A stretch of 64,000 bases of DNA from Octopus sinensis (GCF_006345805.1 NC_043003.1:43896001-43960000), one strand, 5' to 3'. Counted from the first letter of the stretch, positions 1 through 13,799 are shown. Made by a program: numbers and translations. The notes: generated by a model not told the origin, from the sequence alone.

Positions 1-1079
1 TTCTTTTTCTCTATATTCTTATTCATTTAAATGTACGTTGTCAAATGTAGCATTTATATAATATAGTGAAATGTGTAACACCGGATGTAAAGAAAGGTCA
101 ACTCCATTACGATTGGGTCGATACGAAGAGTAATCTTTCATCGTCGTTCTCAAAGCCTTCACTCTCTATTTTTCGTTTTCTCTCTCACTCTGTCTATCTA
201 TCTTTATCCCTGTCTCATTTTATTTTTCTCCCTCTCTTGCGCTTATATACATAAACACATAGATATATATGCATACACACATATATAAAGGTAATTGGAA
301 TATTTTAATTCCTTTGCATATAAAGATATATCTTACATTTCACTGACAACGTTTTTACTAATGAGTCTACGAGACAAATAATATTATATAGCAATTAATT
401 GCGTATAAGAACATATTTAGTCACTCCGGAAACAACTTGACATGAGACACGTAATTTTATATTGTCGTATTTCTAAAGTTTATCGTTTCATGCTTAATCC
501 CAAAGGTCGAGCAGTTTCATTCCGTGAGTTGCATGAAATGTAAAAATATTTCAATTTATAATGTTGAACTGGACAGATTTTTACTATCTATTCTATTAAA
601 CTGCGAACCATACGTTCTTGTGCGCAAAAACAAAAAAAAGTAACTGCAATGTCTTGGAAAATGGTAATTGGTTGTTAACGATAAAGCGAGAGAGAAAGAG
701 ATTGAAACGAACGCAGTTTGTTCGTTCACTCACATACATACATTCACTTATAAGTGTGTTATGGCAATACGCTCATACTCAAAAGCAGATAACAAGTGGA
801 AGCGTGTATGAGAGAACATGGGAGTATATGTATATGCACACCATTATATTTTGTATGTGACTCCGTGCCAGTAGCGTTTGTTTGACTTTCATTCTCCCTG
901 ACTTAATATCTGACGATTTAACGCATTTGTGTTAATGCTATTTATGAGTATTAAGATTTAACATCCAAATATTTCTTCTGTGATCAATAAATGCATTCCA
1001 AAATTAGCAAGATTCTTGATGTGAATACGTTTCTTGAAACAATTATTCTTGTGTGTAAGGACCTTAATTTTGTCTTATG

Positions 1080-1385
1080 TTTTACTTGTTTCAATCATTA
1101 GACTGTAGCTATGCTGCAGCATTGTCTGGAAGAACTCTTAGTCGAATGAATCGATCCTAATATTATTCTTTTAAGGGTAGTACTTATTTTATCAGCCAGT
1201 TTGGCGAACCGCTAAGTTACGTGAACGTAAACGTCCTAAAACCGGTAAGTGATGCTGGTAGGAGGATCCAACACAGACACAAAAATACACACTGAAAGAC
1301 ACATAGACGAACACACACCCAAAGAAACAAACGCATATAAGATGGGGTTCTTTCAGTTTCCTTCTAGCAAATTCACTCACAACGG
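1080..1385 (-). mobile_element. Degraded tRNA-derived SINE, family B (internal microsatellite type)
   Basis: Colinear with 7430-7845 and 46047-46442: tttacttgtttcaatcatt...gaaccgctaagttac...ttctttcagtttcc...aaattcactcacaa. Confidence 0.6.
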
Positions 1386-1707
1386 GGAAGTGTATACATA
1401 AAAAAATTAAAGTAAACACACGCACTGATTCAGTACTACTTCTATATTTTATCATTTAACTATTCAGTCAATACATATTGAACAATGAACACACGTCATT
1501 GATAAGGTCACAAGTAGTGACAAAAGGACTCTGACAGTGAAAACTACACAAAAGAATTGAATAAGTAATTGGTGAACTGTAGCTATTGAACAAGTGTGTG
1601 TATGTTTATTTAAATTTTGATGCCATAATAACCCTCACTAGAAGCAACAAGATGTATTACGAAAATTATTCGTTAAATGTATTTAACGGAATTACGGAGA
1701 TGTACTT

Positions 1708-1940
1708 GCATAGCGAGTGACTTGATCGGAGATCGTGTGCTGGAGCGAAAACAATTGCCGCGTGGAAGGTGTTTATAAGCCTTTTAAGAAACACACAAAA
1801 CCGTTAGATTCACTTCAACATTTAAATTTAATTTGTCGAAGTATTTTCGTCGCTTTGACAGATTAAATTTAAATGTTGAAGTGAATTTAACGGTTTTGTG
1901 TGTTTCTTAAATGGCTTATAAATACCTTCCACGCTTCAAA
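1708..1940. mobile_element. Fold-back repeat (78-bp arms 1760-1837/1857-1934, 19-nt loop) with the 3' half of an HHR-like motif at its centre; Penelope-like terminus
   Basis: Arms differ at 4/78 positions by manual alignment. Same family as 40383-40612. The loop read on minus gives GCGAC-GAAA-AUACUU-CGACAAA. Confidence 0.7.
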
Positions 1941-2919
1941 TATTTAACGGAATATTCTACAAATAAAACATCCTGGATGCTGATATCATAATATCAAGTT
2001 CTACATAAATGATTTTCTAACTGAAATATTAGCTTACTGAATGATTATTTTAAACCGGACCTTGATCACAGACACAGCAGGGATAATTCAAACGGTGGTA
2101 GCAGAGATGATATAGGCAAAAATGAGCAAAGAAAATGCAATGTGAATTAGAAATAAAACAGAAGGGTCAGGAACGAAAAGAAATACTCTACGAGAAAGAA
2201 AGAAATTAAATTAAATTTATAAAAAACGCATGCGTGTGTGTTTGTGCGTGTGTATGTGTGTTTAAATTAACATGTAGTAGCATGTTAAGTTCTTACAATA
2301 ATTCTGTTGTGAGTTAACTAGACCTCTATTATTAGCAAAAACGCATTCTACGTAGCAAAATCCTGCAGTTTCATAAGTAGAGTGGACGACGACCGCATAT
2401 TTCAATGCATGCCTTCCTAGCATTGTCGTGTGTAAATGGCATCCAGGTTGGTTAGAACACAACACTACTTTATTTCACAATCCTTAAATGACCCTTATAA
2501 CTATTGGTATATTTCATATTCCAGTTGTACGTGAGCTGCATTCAACACTGTTGATATTTGCCTTTCAATAATAGACACCATTTTCTGGCTGAAAAGCAAG
2601 GCATTGGCAAGTCTGATCCCGACAAAAGGTTAATTCCATTACGCACATCAGGGCTTAAATTTTCAAAACAGGAAAAAGGCCGGATCTTATAGTGCTCTAA
2701 CAAGAAGAGTCATACAATATATATTGTAGGTTAACAATGCTGATATATTTGTGCGTCTGCGTATATTTGTGTGTATGCGTAGTTGTGTATGCATTACATA
2801 ATCAACAAATGTGCTTTTTAATATATATATATCCTTTCAACATGTGATCTCTTGAGCACCACCAGCAAAAAAAAAAATTTTCCTCTGTCTTCCCTTCCCG
2901 GGATCTTTCCTTCTCCTTT

Positions 2920-2954
2920 GTTTCCGACGAAGAGCTCCGCTCGAAACGTTAAAC
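2920..2954 (+). ncRNA. Minimal type I hammerhead-like motif (U4->C variant) in a Penelope-like terminal fragment (~2846-3052)
   Basis: gttt-CCGACGA-A-GAGC(tcc)GCTC-GAAA-CGT-T-aaac: stem I gttt/aaac, stem II GAGC/GCTC, palindromic ACGU stem III, GUU site. Confidence 0.55.
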
Positions 2955-3048
2955 CCTCGTTCCCTTCTTTCCTGAGCGTCAAATAATACTTTAATTGCTC
3001 CACGTCCTCGCGTTGCTGTGTTTTTTTCTGTGTTTCTTGTTTGGATTA

Positions 3049-3052
<4 letters not shown>

Positions 3053-3106
<54 letters not shown>

Positions 3107-3125
3107 TATATATATATATATATAT

Positions 3126-3168
<43 letters not shown>

Positions 3169-3197
3169 CGTGTATATATATATATATATATATATAT
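3053..3197. repeat. (TA)n microsatellite
   Basis: Direct reading. Confidence 0.95.
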
Positions 3198-4169
3198 TAC
3201 TAACATAAATACATTGCTAGAAGTGTGTGTGCACCTATGAACACAGACACTCTCACACACGTACATACAAGCAATACATTCATAGTATTGAGGAGCGTTG
3301 TAGTTGGTTTGAAGCATTTTGCAGAGAAGTAGATAAACTTAAATGAGGAAAGCTTTTAACAATGCAGAAATGAAAGTTGAAATATCCATGATATATTTCA
3401 GGCGCAATGGTCCATCTTCAGAACCACACACTCAAAGAAATATGTGTCTATGTAGATTCTTCCATTTGGATAGCCATATATGCAGTGACCTCATCTTAGT
3501 CCGGTGCGTGTGGAATAGCGTTAACCCGCACGGGCAACGGATTTGCTAAATATATATATATTGGTTTATCTATGTGTATACGAGTGGGCGTGTGTGTGTG
3601 AGTGTGTGTGTCATGATTATCAATCTCTCGTTCAGTATATATTTATACATCATGCAAATATATGTGTGTGTGAGACAGAGAGAGAATGGACGTGAGTGTG
3701 TGTGTGTATGTGTGTGTGTGTGTATTTATGTATATGCACATACGCGTATTTATATACATATGTTGTATCTCATCGTAGAGGGAAGTGAATAATTACACCT
3801 TGTCATTCTTGAACTGATCTCTTGCGTACATTAGTAATAAGCTAATCTTAGAAATTTTCGAACGGAAGTTTTTCACTTAGCATAAGAGAGTACAAGTTTG
3901 AAATGTATTTTTTGCATTATTTCTGTAGAAATTATATATTACTTTCCTTGCTTCAACTTATGTCTAATATTCACCGAAGAATGTATGCGAATATACATAC
4001 AAGACAAAATTGTAGTAATGTTTATTATATTATTCCTGTTTTTACAATTGTGATTTTACTGATTACAGAGAAAATAGAATATGAAGGCAAAGTGAGAGAT
4101 AGGGTGGAAGCAGTGTGAATATAAAAAAAAAAATGTAGGAATGGGGCTACTGGACGGTTTCTGCATCTA

Positions 4170-4915
4170 TATGTACTTCTAGAATTTCGAAGGATCCACC
4201 GACCAGAATTTTATTGCCAACATAGTAAGGTGCACCTGGAAAGATAAAACACTACCCATTTCAGTACCCATGTCATGCAGCGATTTTGATCGAGTAATTG
4301 CAATTTCTTCCGTGCCAGGTTATCCTGTCGGTATTTCCTTCAGCTACGCGAGCTGGCCGTTCATACTTGGAATTATCCAACATTAAATTGCATATTATTG
4401 ACTTCATTCAGCCCACCAGAACGTTGCGTCGAACATCTATTGCAGTTATGCTATTTCACAATGGTTGTATATCCTCTAAGAGTCTTTTGTGTGATCTGCA
4501 AAATTTGCAAGTGTAGCTACCTGCGCAGCTGAAGGTATTTCTAATTGGACCACTATGTATAACAGTGGCTGTAAGATAGTACCCTGTCGAACACTACTCA
4601 CTAATTATGTTTCCTTGTAGATGACTACATTTCACACTACTGCCTGACTTAAAAAGTCGTGTTGCCACTCTCTAAGTATTCCCACTATGCCGAATTACGC
4701 ACCATGTGACAAATCATACCATATTCGAAGTTACCGAAGTCATTTGCAAAATAGAGATATATAACATCCACATTTGTATTGTTGATCATCTGCTTTAACA
4801 CCCAGTTGTACGCCTATGATCACTGTGTTAGGAGGATTCTACTAGGTCGAAAACCACGCTGAGTATCAATCAGCGAGTCGTTCTCTTAAAGGAATATAAC
4901 TAGTTTCCTTCAGAC
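4170..4915 (-). pseudogene. Decayed CR1/L2-clade LINE reverse transcriptase fragment
   Basis: Minus-strand translation with stops and frameshifts: ENDSLIDTQRGFRPSR, NWVLKQMINNTNVDVIYL, SVRQGTILQPLLYI (QG motif), ATLANFADHTK (YADD motif), NNMQFNVG. Confidence 0.8.
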
Positions 4916-6002
4916 TATTTTCCCATGATATTTTTGATGTGTGAGCATAGATGTTTTGAGCAACTGCTCTACAACTGGTTAGAGCATATTATTCACTCCT
5001 TTTGTTTTTCCTCTGAGCATGTCACTTGCAATGTAGCTCTAAGTACCGGCAGTGATTTTGTAAAGGGCCGTTTGCATGATATGAGAAGGATTATTGAGAA
5101 TCCATCAAATGCAGTAGCAGCTGAGTTTACGAAAAAATTCACACAACAAAAAGTAGAAGAAAAATGAAAAATAGATTTATCCTCAAACCCTTTCAATAGA
5201 ATTCTTGACCATCCTTAAATTCATCAAAAGATTCACACACACACAGCTGAAGATATTGTGAATAGAAAAGTAAATTGCGATTTAAATCTGTAGAACTTTT
5301 GACACAAAAATAATTTCTTCCATAAAACAATATGTCCATAAATAAATCTCACACAAAGACATGCACACAGACACATACATTGAAACAGAAAGACACACAA
5401 AATAAAGCAAAGAAGAATTTCTAAAATCGGCATTAGGATTTTCGACAATTTAGTACAACGTACACACAGCTGAATAGAAAAGAAATCTGCTTTTCAATTC
5501 AATAGTACTCTTTGACACTTGATCCCATGAACCCCATTTCAATTCCTTATATAAACAACATATATAAGTGGAGCGAGTAAAATCATCAAACGTGTTCTTA
5601 ACTACCCATAGCGTATGGGAGTAAACTGATTTAGCTTCTAACTTTTAATTCTTGACATTTTAATATTTGATAAGATGAACATACACATCAGAACCGGTTA
5701 TATTTTTTCAAAGTGAATTAATGTAATAACTATAAGAATAGTTTTCCTATCCAATTAAAGAAAAAGAGTAAAAAAGAATCTTTAAACCTACTTCCATACT
5801 TTATTCGTGTTACTTACACAGACACACACATATGCGCGCACATATACACATACATGCACCCACATACATGCACACACGGATACAGAAATATATACACATA
5901 CAAACAACCAAACACACACACACACTTATACACACGCACTGAAAATTGGTGTTGTCTAGGTACCTAGAAGTTTCGTTTCGTCTTTATATATGGCTGGATC
6001 AA

Positions 6003-6230
6003 GGCGGCAAGCAGGCAGAAACATTAGCACGCTGGGCGAAATACGTAGCCGTATTTCGTCTGCCGTTACGTTCTGAGTTCAAATTCCGCCAAGGTCGATT
6101 TTGCCGGTCATTCTTTCTGGGTCGATAAATTAAGTACCAGTTACACACTGGGTCGATGTAATCGACTTAATCCGTTTGTATGTCCGTGTTTGTCTCCTCT
6201 GTGTTTAGCCCCTTGTGGGCAATAAAAATA
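6003..6230 (+). mobile_element. tRNA-derived SINE family A (Meta-domain-like core)
   Basis: Head ggcggcaagcaggcagaaacattagc, B-box-like GAGTTCAAATTCC, core gtcgataaattaagtaccag, tail gccccttgtgggcaataaaa. Confidence 0.85.
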
Positions 6231-6397
6231 GGTATTTCGTCTGTCTTTACATTCTGAGTTCAAATTCCTCCGAGATCGACTTTGCCTTTCATCATTTCGG
6301 GGTCAATAAATTAAATACCAGTTGCGTACTGGGGTCGATCTAATCGACTGCCTCCTCCCCAGAATATTGGGCCTTGTGCTTAGAGTAGAAAAGAATA
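6231..6397 (+). mobile_element. 5'-truncated SINE family A copy in tandem with the previous one
   Basis: ggtatttcgtc...gagttcaaattcc...tttcatcatttcggggtcaataaattaaataccag. Confidence 0.8.
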
Positions 6398-7165
6398 TGT
6401 ATATATAGTCTTATAGTCGTGTGAACACGTATATACGTGGATGCAGGTATGCTTTTGTCTGCGTGCGTGTTTCCTTCAGTATTTCTACCTGTATGACAAT
6501 GTGCATTGCATTAGAAAATCTATTTAAAGTAGGAATGAAGGTGATATGATTCATATGTAACGAATCATTTAATCGAAATAAGCGAATTATCATCATTGCA
6601 ACTAATTAAGTTTCCTTGTAACACATAGTTTATCACTGTCTCTAAATTGACGTTGTTTCCTGTTTATTAAATTGCAATATTTTATTACTTTCAATTGTCT
6701 ATATACTTCAGGATCTATAACATATTTAATCCTGTTTATTGTGTGACGCAAAAGCAGGCTTCCTGTTCCGATAAAAGAGTGATTAAAAAAAAATACTTCA
6801 TATTTATTAGAATATAATTTAAACACGTAGCCACATTCGCTTTCAAATAATGCTTGATATATACTCAATGCAATTCACTATAAAGAGAGAAAAAATTATA
6901 GAATTCTAAGGAGACAGATGGTAAAGTTGTAGCTTAATTGTGAAGCTTATACACTTTGCGCATAAAAATTGGAGACTGGAAATGAAAATAATGGATGCAC
7001 AAAAGTATATTTGTGAATTTATCGAAATATGATATATATTCCTTATAATGTTAATAGGAAAGAAACAAAAAGGGAAGTTAAATGAGTTTATTTCTTGTTT
7101 TACGAAAGGAAAAATACTCCCTACCCCGAAAAATTTCTAATACGTGAAGTTTCTGGAAAGTTACG

Positions 7166-7360
7166 GGCTTTAAGAGTATCGCGAAAGATCTACTTGGCGC
7201 CCAAATCTTTCAATTTCTTTTACAAGCCTTAGAAAAACTGAGGGACTATTGCAATTAGTGTGTGGATCTTAGAGAGGAATATGTGGGATAAAATCCTAAT
7301 TAAGTGTCCCTCCTGTATTTTCTTTTACTCAAAGCCTGAATCTTTTCAGCACCCCCTCGT
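7166..7360 (+). mobile_element. Mariner-like 3' end fragment with right TIR
   Basis: Translation LQALEKLRDYCN*CVDLREEYVG* resembles mariner transposase C-termini. Ends in ttttcagcaccccctcgt (reverse of an ACGAGGGG-type TIR). Confidence 0.5.
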
Positions 7361-7429
7361 GTATATTATATGAATGCAAGTACAAACTATTCAAAGATAT
7401 GTCAACAAAATTTTGTCTACTCTTTTACA

Positions 7430-7845
7430 CTTTTACTTGTTTTAGCCATTTGACTGTGGCCATGCTGGAGCACCGCCTTTAGTCGAGCACATCAAACCCA
7501 GGACGTAATATTTGTAAGCCTAGTACTTATTCAATCGGTCCCTTTTGCTGAACCGCTATGTTACGGGGATATATACACACCAGCATCGGTTGTCAAGCGA
7601 TGTTGGGAGGACAAACACAGACATACAAGCACACACACATACATACATATATACATATATACATATATATATATATATACGACAGGTTTCTTTCAGTTTC
7701 CGTCTACCAAATCCACTCACAAGGCTTTTGTTGGCCCGATGCTATAGTAGAAGTCAGTTACTCAAGGTGGCACGCAGTGGGACTGAACCAAGAACCATGT
7801 TGTTGGTAAGCAAGCTACTTACCACACAGTCACTCCTACGCCTAT
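7430..7845 (-). mobile_element. Full-length SINE family B with internal (CA)/(TA) microsatellite
   Basis: Reverse complement of the 46906-47358 family. Head aggcgtaggagtgactgtgtggtaag...ggttcagtcc, tail aaatggctaaaacaagtaaaag. Confidence 0.85.
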
Positions 7846-8536
7846 TTTAAATATTTTGTATCTTTAAGTCATTTTTATGTTCTATATTTCCTTTTACATC
7901 GAAAACATATCTCCTTTATACTAATAATATGGGACATATTTCTACTATACTGTAATCTATTACTACAAATCATTCATATGATTCAGAAATTAAAATGCTG
8001 AAAGCAAATCCGTCTACTTTGTGATGTTACATTCTTCTGAAGCTTTATGTGTTTCACTGGTGTTCTACTTTATATTAATATGCATTCGGAAGAAAAGCAT
8101 AAACTGCATCAATTCCATTAATTTTCAGTAGAGGCCGATAAAATAAGGACGAGTTCAACATTCGCCGATTGTAGATGAATGATTGTGTGCAAAACCAGTG
8201 TAGCATTTTGAAATAGCATTTTTCAGCACTTTAACATCAGTGCATATAGAGGTCAAGTGCTTGAAAGAGATCCAGCGAATATGGTCCAGCGAATAGCTTT
8301 TGACATATATCATAAATTGCCTTATCAAATACATGATGATTATTGAAGAACATTGGGTTTTCTTATACATTATTACAGAATAAGGGTTTCGCAATACAAA
8401 CATTCGTTTTGAACTACTATGTTCATTGGTTAATTAATATTTTATCGAAAGAGAACGGACGTTTATACACTCATCAGTGATACACTTTAAACTGGCCCCC
8501 TTATTATATTTTTATTTATTTTTTATTTATTAATTT

Positions 8537-8760
8537 TTTATTGCCCACAAGGGGCTAAACATAGAGGGGACAAACAAGGACAGACAGACGGATTAAGTCG
8601 ATTACATCGATCCCAGTGTGTAACTGGTACTTAATTTATCGACCCCGAAAGGATGAAAGGCAATGTCGACCTCGGCGGAATTTGAACTCAGAACGCAGCG
8701 GCGGACAAAATACCACTAAGAATTTCGCCCGGCGTGCTAACATTTCTGCCAGCTCGCCGC
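8537..8760 (-). mobile_element. Full-length SINE family A
   Basis: Minus: gcggcgagctggcagaaatgttagcacgccgggcg...gagttcaaattccgccgagg...tttcatcctttcggggtcgataaattaagtaccag. Confidence 0.9.
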
Positions 8761-9010
8761 GTTTGAACTGGCCACCTTGCCTTTCTGATTTTGCTTATCT
8801 TTCTCCTTTTACTACCTCTTATCCTTTCCCCACTTTCATCTTGCTACACCTATCACTACAGTATTCTCTATATATCCCCAACAGTTTGTTTAAGTATTAC
8901 AATACATGATCTTGCCTATGCATATATCTTCCGGATATCAGGATATCTTGCCTATGCATATATCCTACGGATATTAGTTGTATCTTGTGTATTTATTTAT
9001 ACATGCAACC

Positions 9011-9056
<46 letters not shown>

Positions 9057-9399
9057 ATCTCTATGTATTATGTACCACAGATATGGGTGTACGTGCATGT
9101 ATACAGGTATATTCATACGAGTGCATAAGCGTAGATATTACAGTCACATGTACTTCTTTATTAACTTATCCGTTACAGTGCATGTACGTTACCATATAAG
9201 CTGAACGGATAATTTCATTTCTACTCATATTGTCTATGTTCATATTTCTTGCATATATGTATGCATGTTTAAGAATATATATATGTATCTTATTTTATGT
9301 ACGTATGTATATAAATGTATGTGTGCTTGTGTGTGTATGCCTGTAATGGTTACTGCATACATATATTTATATGCATGCGAGTATTTATATATATATATA

Positions 9400-10196
9400 T
9401 ATTTAAATATTTAAAAATTGAGGGAGATAAATTAATATTAATTTTAATATCAATTTAAAACCAGTAGTCCAGCATTCAAAAAATCTGAGGAGTCAGAGAA
9501 AATTCAAATATATGTGTATATTGGCAGGGCTGGCCTGCTAGGTAGCCGGCCAGAATGCTAGAAAAAGATCATCAACGATCAAACTACAAGGGAAATTCTC
9601 TAGAGGAAGAATTCAGCGAACACCAGAACCAACTTTGGCGGGCAGGACATATGAAAAATTAAATAAATAACAGACTTAAATGCATACCTCGGTTTCGGTC
9701 TTAACAAAAGAATTACTTGCATAATTCAAGTGTCCGTGACTTCATCAGTACATTCGGTCCTCGAGATGCAAACCGCAAGACTAACCCCAGCTCTCTGTGT
9801 CAAGAGAGACACGTGCTTAGTCTTACTGATTACATCGGGAATAAAATTTCAAATTTCTTGGCTCTGGCGCTCTGAGAGACTCCTGAAGCGAAGGGCTGCA
9901 GTGAATAATTCACTGCGGGTAGTGCTTACAACTAGGGAACGTATTTATTTAAATATTTTAAAATTGAGGGAGATAAATTAATATTAATTTTAATATCAAT
10001 TTAAAACCAGTAGTCCAGCATTCAAAAAATCTGAGGAGTCAGAGAAAATTCAAATATATGTGTATATTGGCAGGGCTGGCCTGCTAGGTAGCCGGCCAGA
10101 ATGCTAGAAAAAGATCATCGACGATCAAACTACAAGGGAAATTCTCTAGAGGAAGAATTCAGCGAACACCAGAACCAACTTTGGCGGGCAGGACAT
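9400..10196. repeat. Partial tandem element: 251-bp direct repeats (9400-9650, 9946-10196), period 546 bp, between TA/TG microsatellites; Penelope pLTR/retrozyme-like
   Basis: The two copies differ at 2 positions by manual alignment. The unique 295-bp spacer carries a hammerhead motif. Confidence 0.9.
9679..9754 (-). ncRNA. Type I hammerhead ribozyme with intact catalytic core
   Basis: Minus RNA: AAUGUA-CUGAUGA-AGUC...(long loop II)...GACC-GAAA-CC-GA-GG-UA|UGCAUU. Stem I 6 bp (one G.U), quasi-palindromic stem III ACCGAGGU, GUA cleavage site between 9685 and 9684. Confidence 0.75.
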
Positions 10197-10510
10197 TATA
10201 TATGTATGTGTGTGTGTGTGTGTGTGTGTATTTGTTTCATGCATGGATATATATACCTTTACATTTTCCCCATTACCTTGTTCTCTCCAGCTTGCATATT
10301 TATTTATTTATTTATTTATTTATTCAATTATTTACTATGTTGCCAACAGGAAATAAGTACTTGAAAACATGCAATTTTCACGTGAACTTATAATTGTTTA
10401 TATACTTTATACTAGAACAATCCCGAGAAATGTATTTATCATTATAGATAGTATTTATATAGGTTATCGTCTTGATTATAAATATATTAATGAGTGTTGT
10501 GTTCTTATAT

Positions 10511-10578
<68 letters not shown>

Positions 10579-10950
10579 TGTCCAGAATCACACCGGACGC
10601 GAGGGAGGAGAATAGTATATCAGTGGAGAAGTAGTAGAGCAATAGCCCTGATTGAGAAGGATGTAGAGCAAATAATAGCAATGAGAGAAAGGAAGGGATG
10701 ATTGATGAAGGGGTGAAAATAAAATCAGCGTTTCAACTCTGTGTCAGTAAATGTGTGTATGTGTGTGCGTGTACAAGGGAAGTATCTGAATGTATGTGAG
10801 ATTATTATGTTTCTTATTTTGTACCTTATTAATATATAAAATACTACACTTAGCTTTCATTATTGACGGTACGTGGTTAGCTAGTGCTTAATAAGTGCTA
10901 ATGCTCAAGACAATCTTGCCTTGAGTTTCTCTCTCAGTCTCTCTGTCATG

Positions 10951-11136
10951 ACAATCGAAATTGAAAAGATGTGGCATCTCAAGACGGTTACAATACCACT
11001 GATTGTAGGAGCACTTGGAACTGAAGGAACTGAAAATTAGTTAAGAATGATCCCTGGCTTACTATCGAAGCAGGAAGTGCAAAAGATTGTCCTCACTAGA
11101 ACGTCACACGTATTTAGAAGAGCATTGTCGACGTGA
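10951..11136 (+). pseudogene. R4/Dong-type non-LTR retroposon, C-terminal RLE-domain fossil
   Basis: In-frame TIEIEKMWHLKTVTIPLIVGALGTEGTEN*LRMIPGLLSKQEVQKIVLTRTSHVFRRALST*. Confidence 0.75.
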
Positions 11137-11364
11137 ATTTTCTTTCATTCAACCCTCTTTATTTTCTCTATTTACATATTTATATTTTATTTAAAAATTT
11201 TTTTTGTGTTTTCCTTCCCCATTTTGTCTACCATATGACTTTGTAAATGAATAATGTTCTGTGCTTTTAATGACCTACGATCGTACACAGTATGTTTCTC
11301 TGCCCGAGGTGTCTGATAGAGAATCGGGAAGAAATGGAAACTTAAGTGAAAGCAAAATGCTAAT

Positions 11365-12190
11365 GAAAATAGCATTTTTCCTTGTGCTAACCACTCCCCT
11401 TTGTGTGGAGCAACAAGTTTTGAAATTCTTCGTTGTTTTCAAAGCAGAGATATTGAAATATGCGAGAGTTCAGAGCATGAGGTTTGATTTTATACATGGC
11501 AGTGATGACTGTGTTTTTAGGGAATACTGAAGACAATGACCGGGGTTTCTTTCAACGGGATGTCGGTGAATCACGTAGTGCATCGTGAAAATATCAGGTA
11601 GACTGACTTTCATATAACTGATGAAGCCGCGATGAGAGCCAGTCATCGATGGTGCACCATCAGTTGCACAAGGTACAATATTATTCAGTGGGATGTCCTT
11701 TTTGTTAATAAAGCGTCTGACCACATTGAAAATGGATACACCCGTGGTATTAGTTTCCAGTACTTTGGCAAAAAGCGGTTCTCGGCTTAAAGTTTCCTCT
11801 TTAAGAAAACGAACATATGCAAGGAGGAAGGGATCATTACCTGAAAAATAGACTCGTCCAACTGCAAGCGGAATTATATTTTCTTGAGAATTGTGCAGAG
11901 TTGGTTTCGACGTCTTCTGCAATTTCATCAACCCTCCTCTGGACAGAGCTATTACTCAGAGGAATACCTTTGATAATTCGTTCTGGTTCCTTGTGTGTCA
12001 CTGTCTTCAGGACTTCTTTTACAGCTGGTAGGATTATGAAGTAAGTACAGAAACTGTTTCAGTCCAAAACAAAGGCAAACTTTAGAATTATATATTTTCG
12101 AAAAAACAGACATGAATCTTTTCAAAGACTTGAACATCTGTAGAAAAAGACTTTTTTTAAAAATTCTATATCCCTCTGTTAGCTGCTGCA
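11365..12190 (-). pseudogene. Frameshifted hAT (Charlie/Buster, ZBED5/FAM200-like) transposase remnant
   Basis: ILPAVKEVLKTV, IPLSNSSVQRRVDEI, LQLDES, LLAYVRF, ATDGAPSMTG, HYVIHR (CxxH decayed), LLLHT..WL, spread over at least 3 frames. Confidence 0.9.
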
Positions 12191-13799
12191 ATATTTCGAT
12201 TTATCCAATCGAAATAATGCAATAGCTAACTGTGAAATAGAATAAAATTAAAAATGTAAAGTTAAAATATCACAGATACTAAGTACGTGGAACAAATAGG
12301 GGCTGCAATAAGGGTGGAGCACTTGCAGAAAACAGCACTGCTTGGAACCGCTCGAATACTCCGGAAGGCGCTCGAAAAATAAGAGGTGTTACCTTAGTTC
12401 ACTGGTAGTGAACAGCTGACACCGTATACATCTCATATAACATACAATATGTTGCTTGAGCTACTTCAATCTTTATTCATCACACTTATTCTTTTAACAG
12501 AACCCTAACCTTTTCTCAAAGCAAGCACTTGCTTGCTATTTGTAACTTCATCAATGATAAATCCTCTCTACTAAGATCTTCAAGAAGAGACAGGGCATTA
12601 TATTTATGACGTCACAAACAATAACGAAAGGCCTTGTTTGTTTTGTATATCTCTTATGCCCTATGTCTATGGGTCTGTATTGTTTTCATGACGCTTCCTC
12701 TCCTCTTTTCATTTTATTCCCTTTTTGTTTGTTTCATCTTGATTCATATAAATATTGAGCTACAGAATGCTCTTTTATTTCCGGCTAACTTATTAAAACT
12801 TATCACTACTCCACTCCTTCCGTAAACACGATTTCCTTGCAACTGTTCGTTCCATTAACGCTATTTTCATACAACACTCTCATTTATTTTGCAACTAAAA
12901 TTCTTTCCTTTGATCTAAACTTCCTCCGTTGTCAACTTCCATATTTCAAAAATGCATCAGTAAAAAATATTGCTTAACGCACATTACTGTGTACACCATT
13001 ACACGGAAATCACAATTTCTTTCCCTACTCGCAATACACGAAAATTCCTGTTACTCTTCCCCTCTCTCTTCCATACACTGTCTCGTATCTACTTTCCCCG
13101 ATCTCTTTATCTCTGAAAATTCATTTTACTAAAATGTAAATTGGAATTAGTTCAAGAAATATAATAAACGTTAAGATCAAAGAATGTAAAATAATTTGGA
13201 AATAACACGGCCTTTTGGAATCACCGCCTATTTCACAACTTGGCATGGTTTACCCACCGTATATTTGCGGCGACTTACTGATCATGCCAACTGGGCTTTT
13301 GTATCAGTGTGATATCTCAACTGTCAGATACATTATCTACATATTATACCTCACATATATACTAAAGCACACACACATATTCTCACATAAACTTAAACAT
13401 TTCCTAGTTATGTTACGAATAGCTATTCGTACACATACAGATACTGGAATACATATATAGTTGATTAACTCAAATTTTGAGCCGCAATAAGACAGCCTTA
13501 TGCACACACAATTCTACTAACACAACTACATACATACAACCGAAAAATAATCACTGTCACATCTCTAGTGGAGAATGTAAAAGAAGTAGAACGGCAAAAA
13601 GACACTTGGGAAAATTCGCCAAAACGCATACACTAAACAAGACTTCTATAATATATGTGTGTGTATGTGTGTGTGTGCGTGTGTCTCTGTGTGTGTATAC
13701 ACACACTCGCACGCACACACACTCATATACGTGAGTCATCTAATAGTCCATAAGTCAGGGAAAAGATGCACTTGTATATCCGTCAATAGAGCGGGTATA

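Noticed and set aside
6602-6868. 88-aa minus ORF
   Set aside because: No recognisable domain; the length is compatible with chance.
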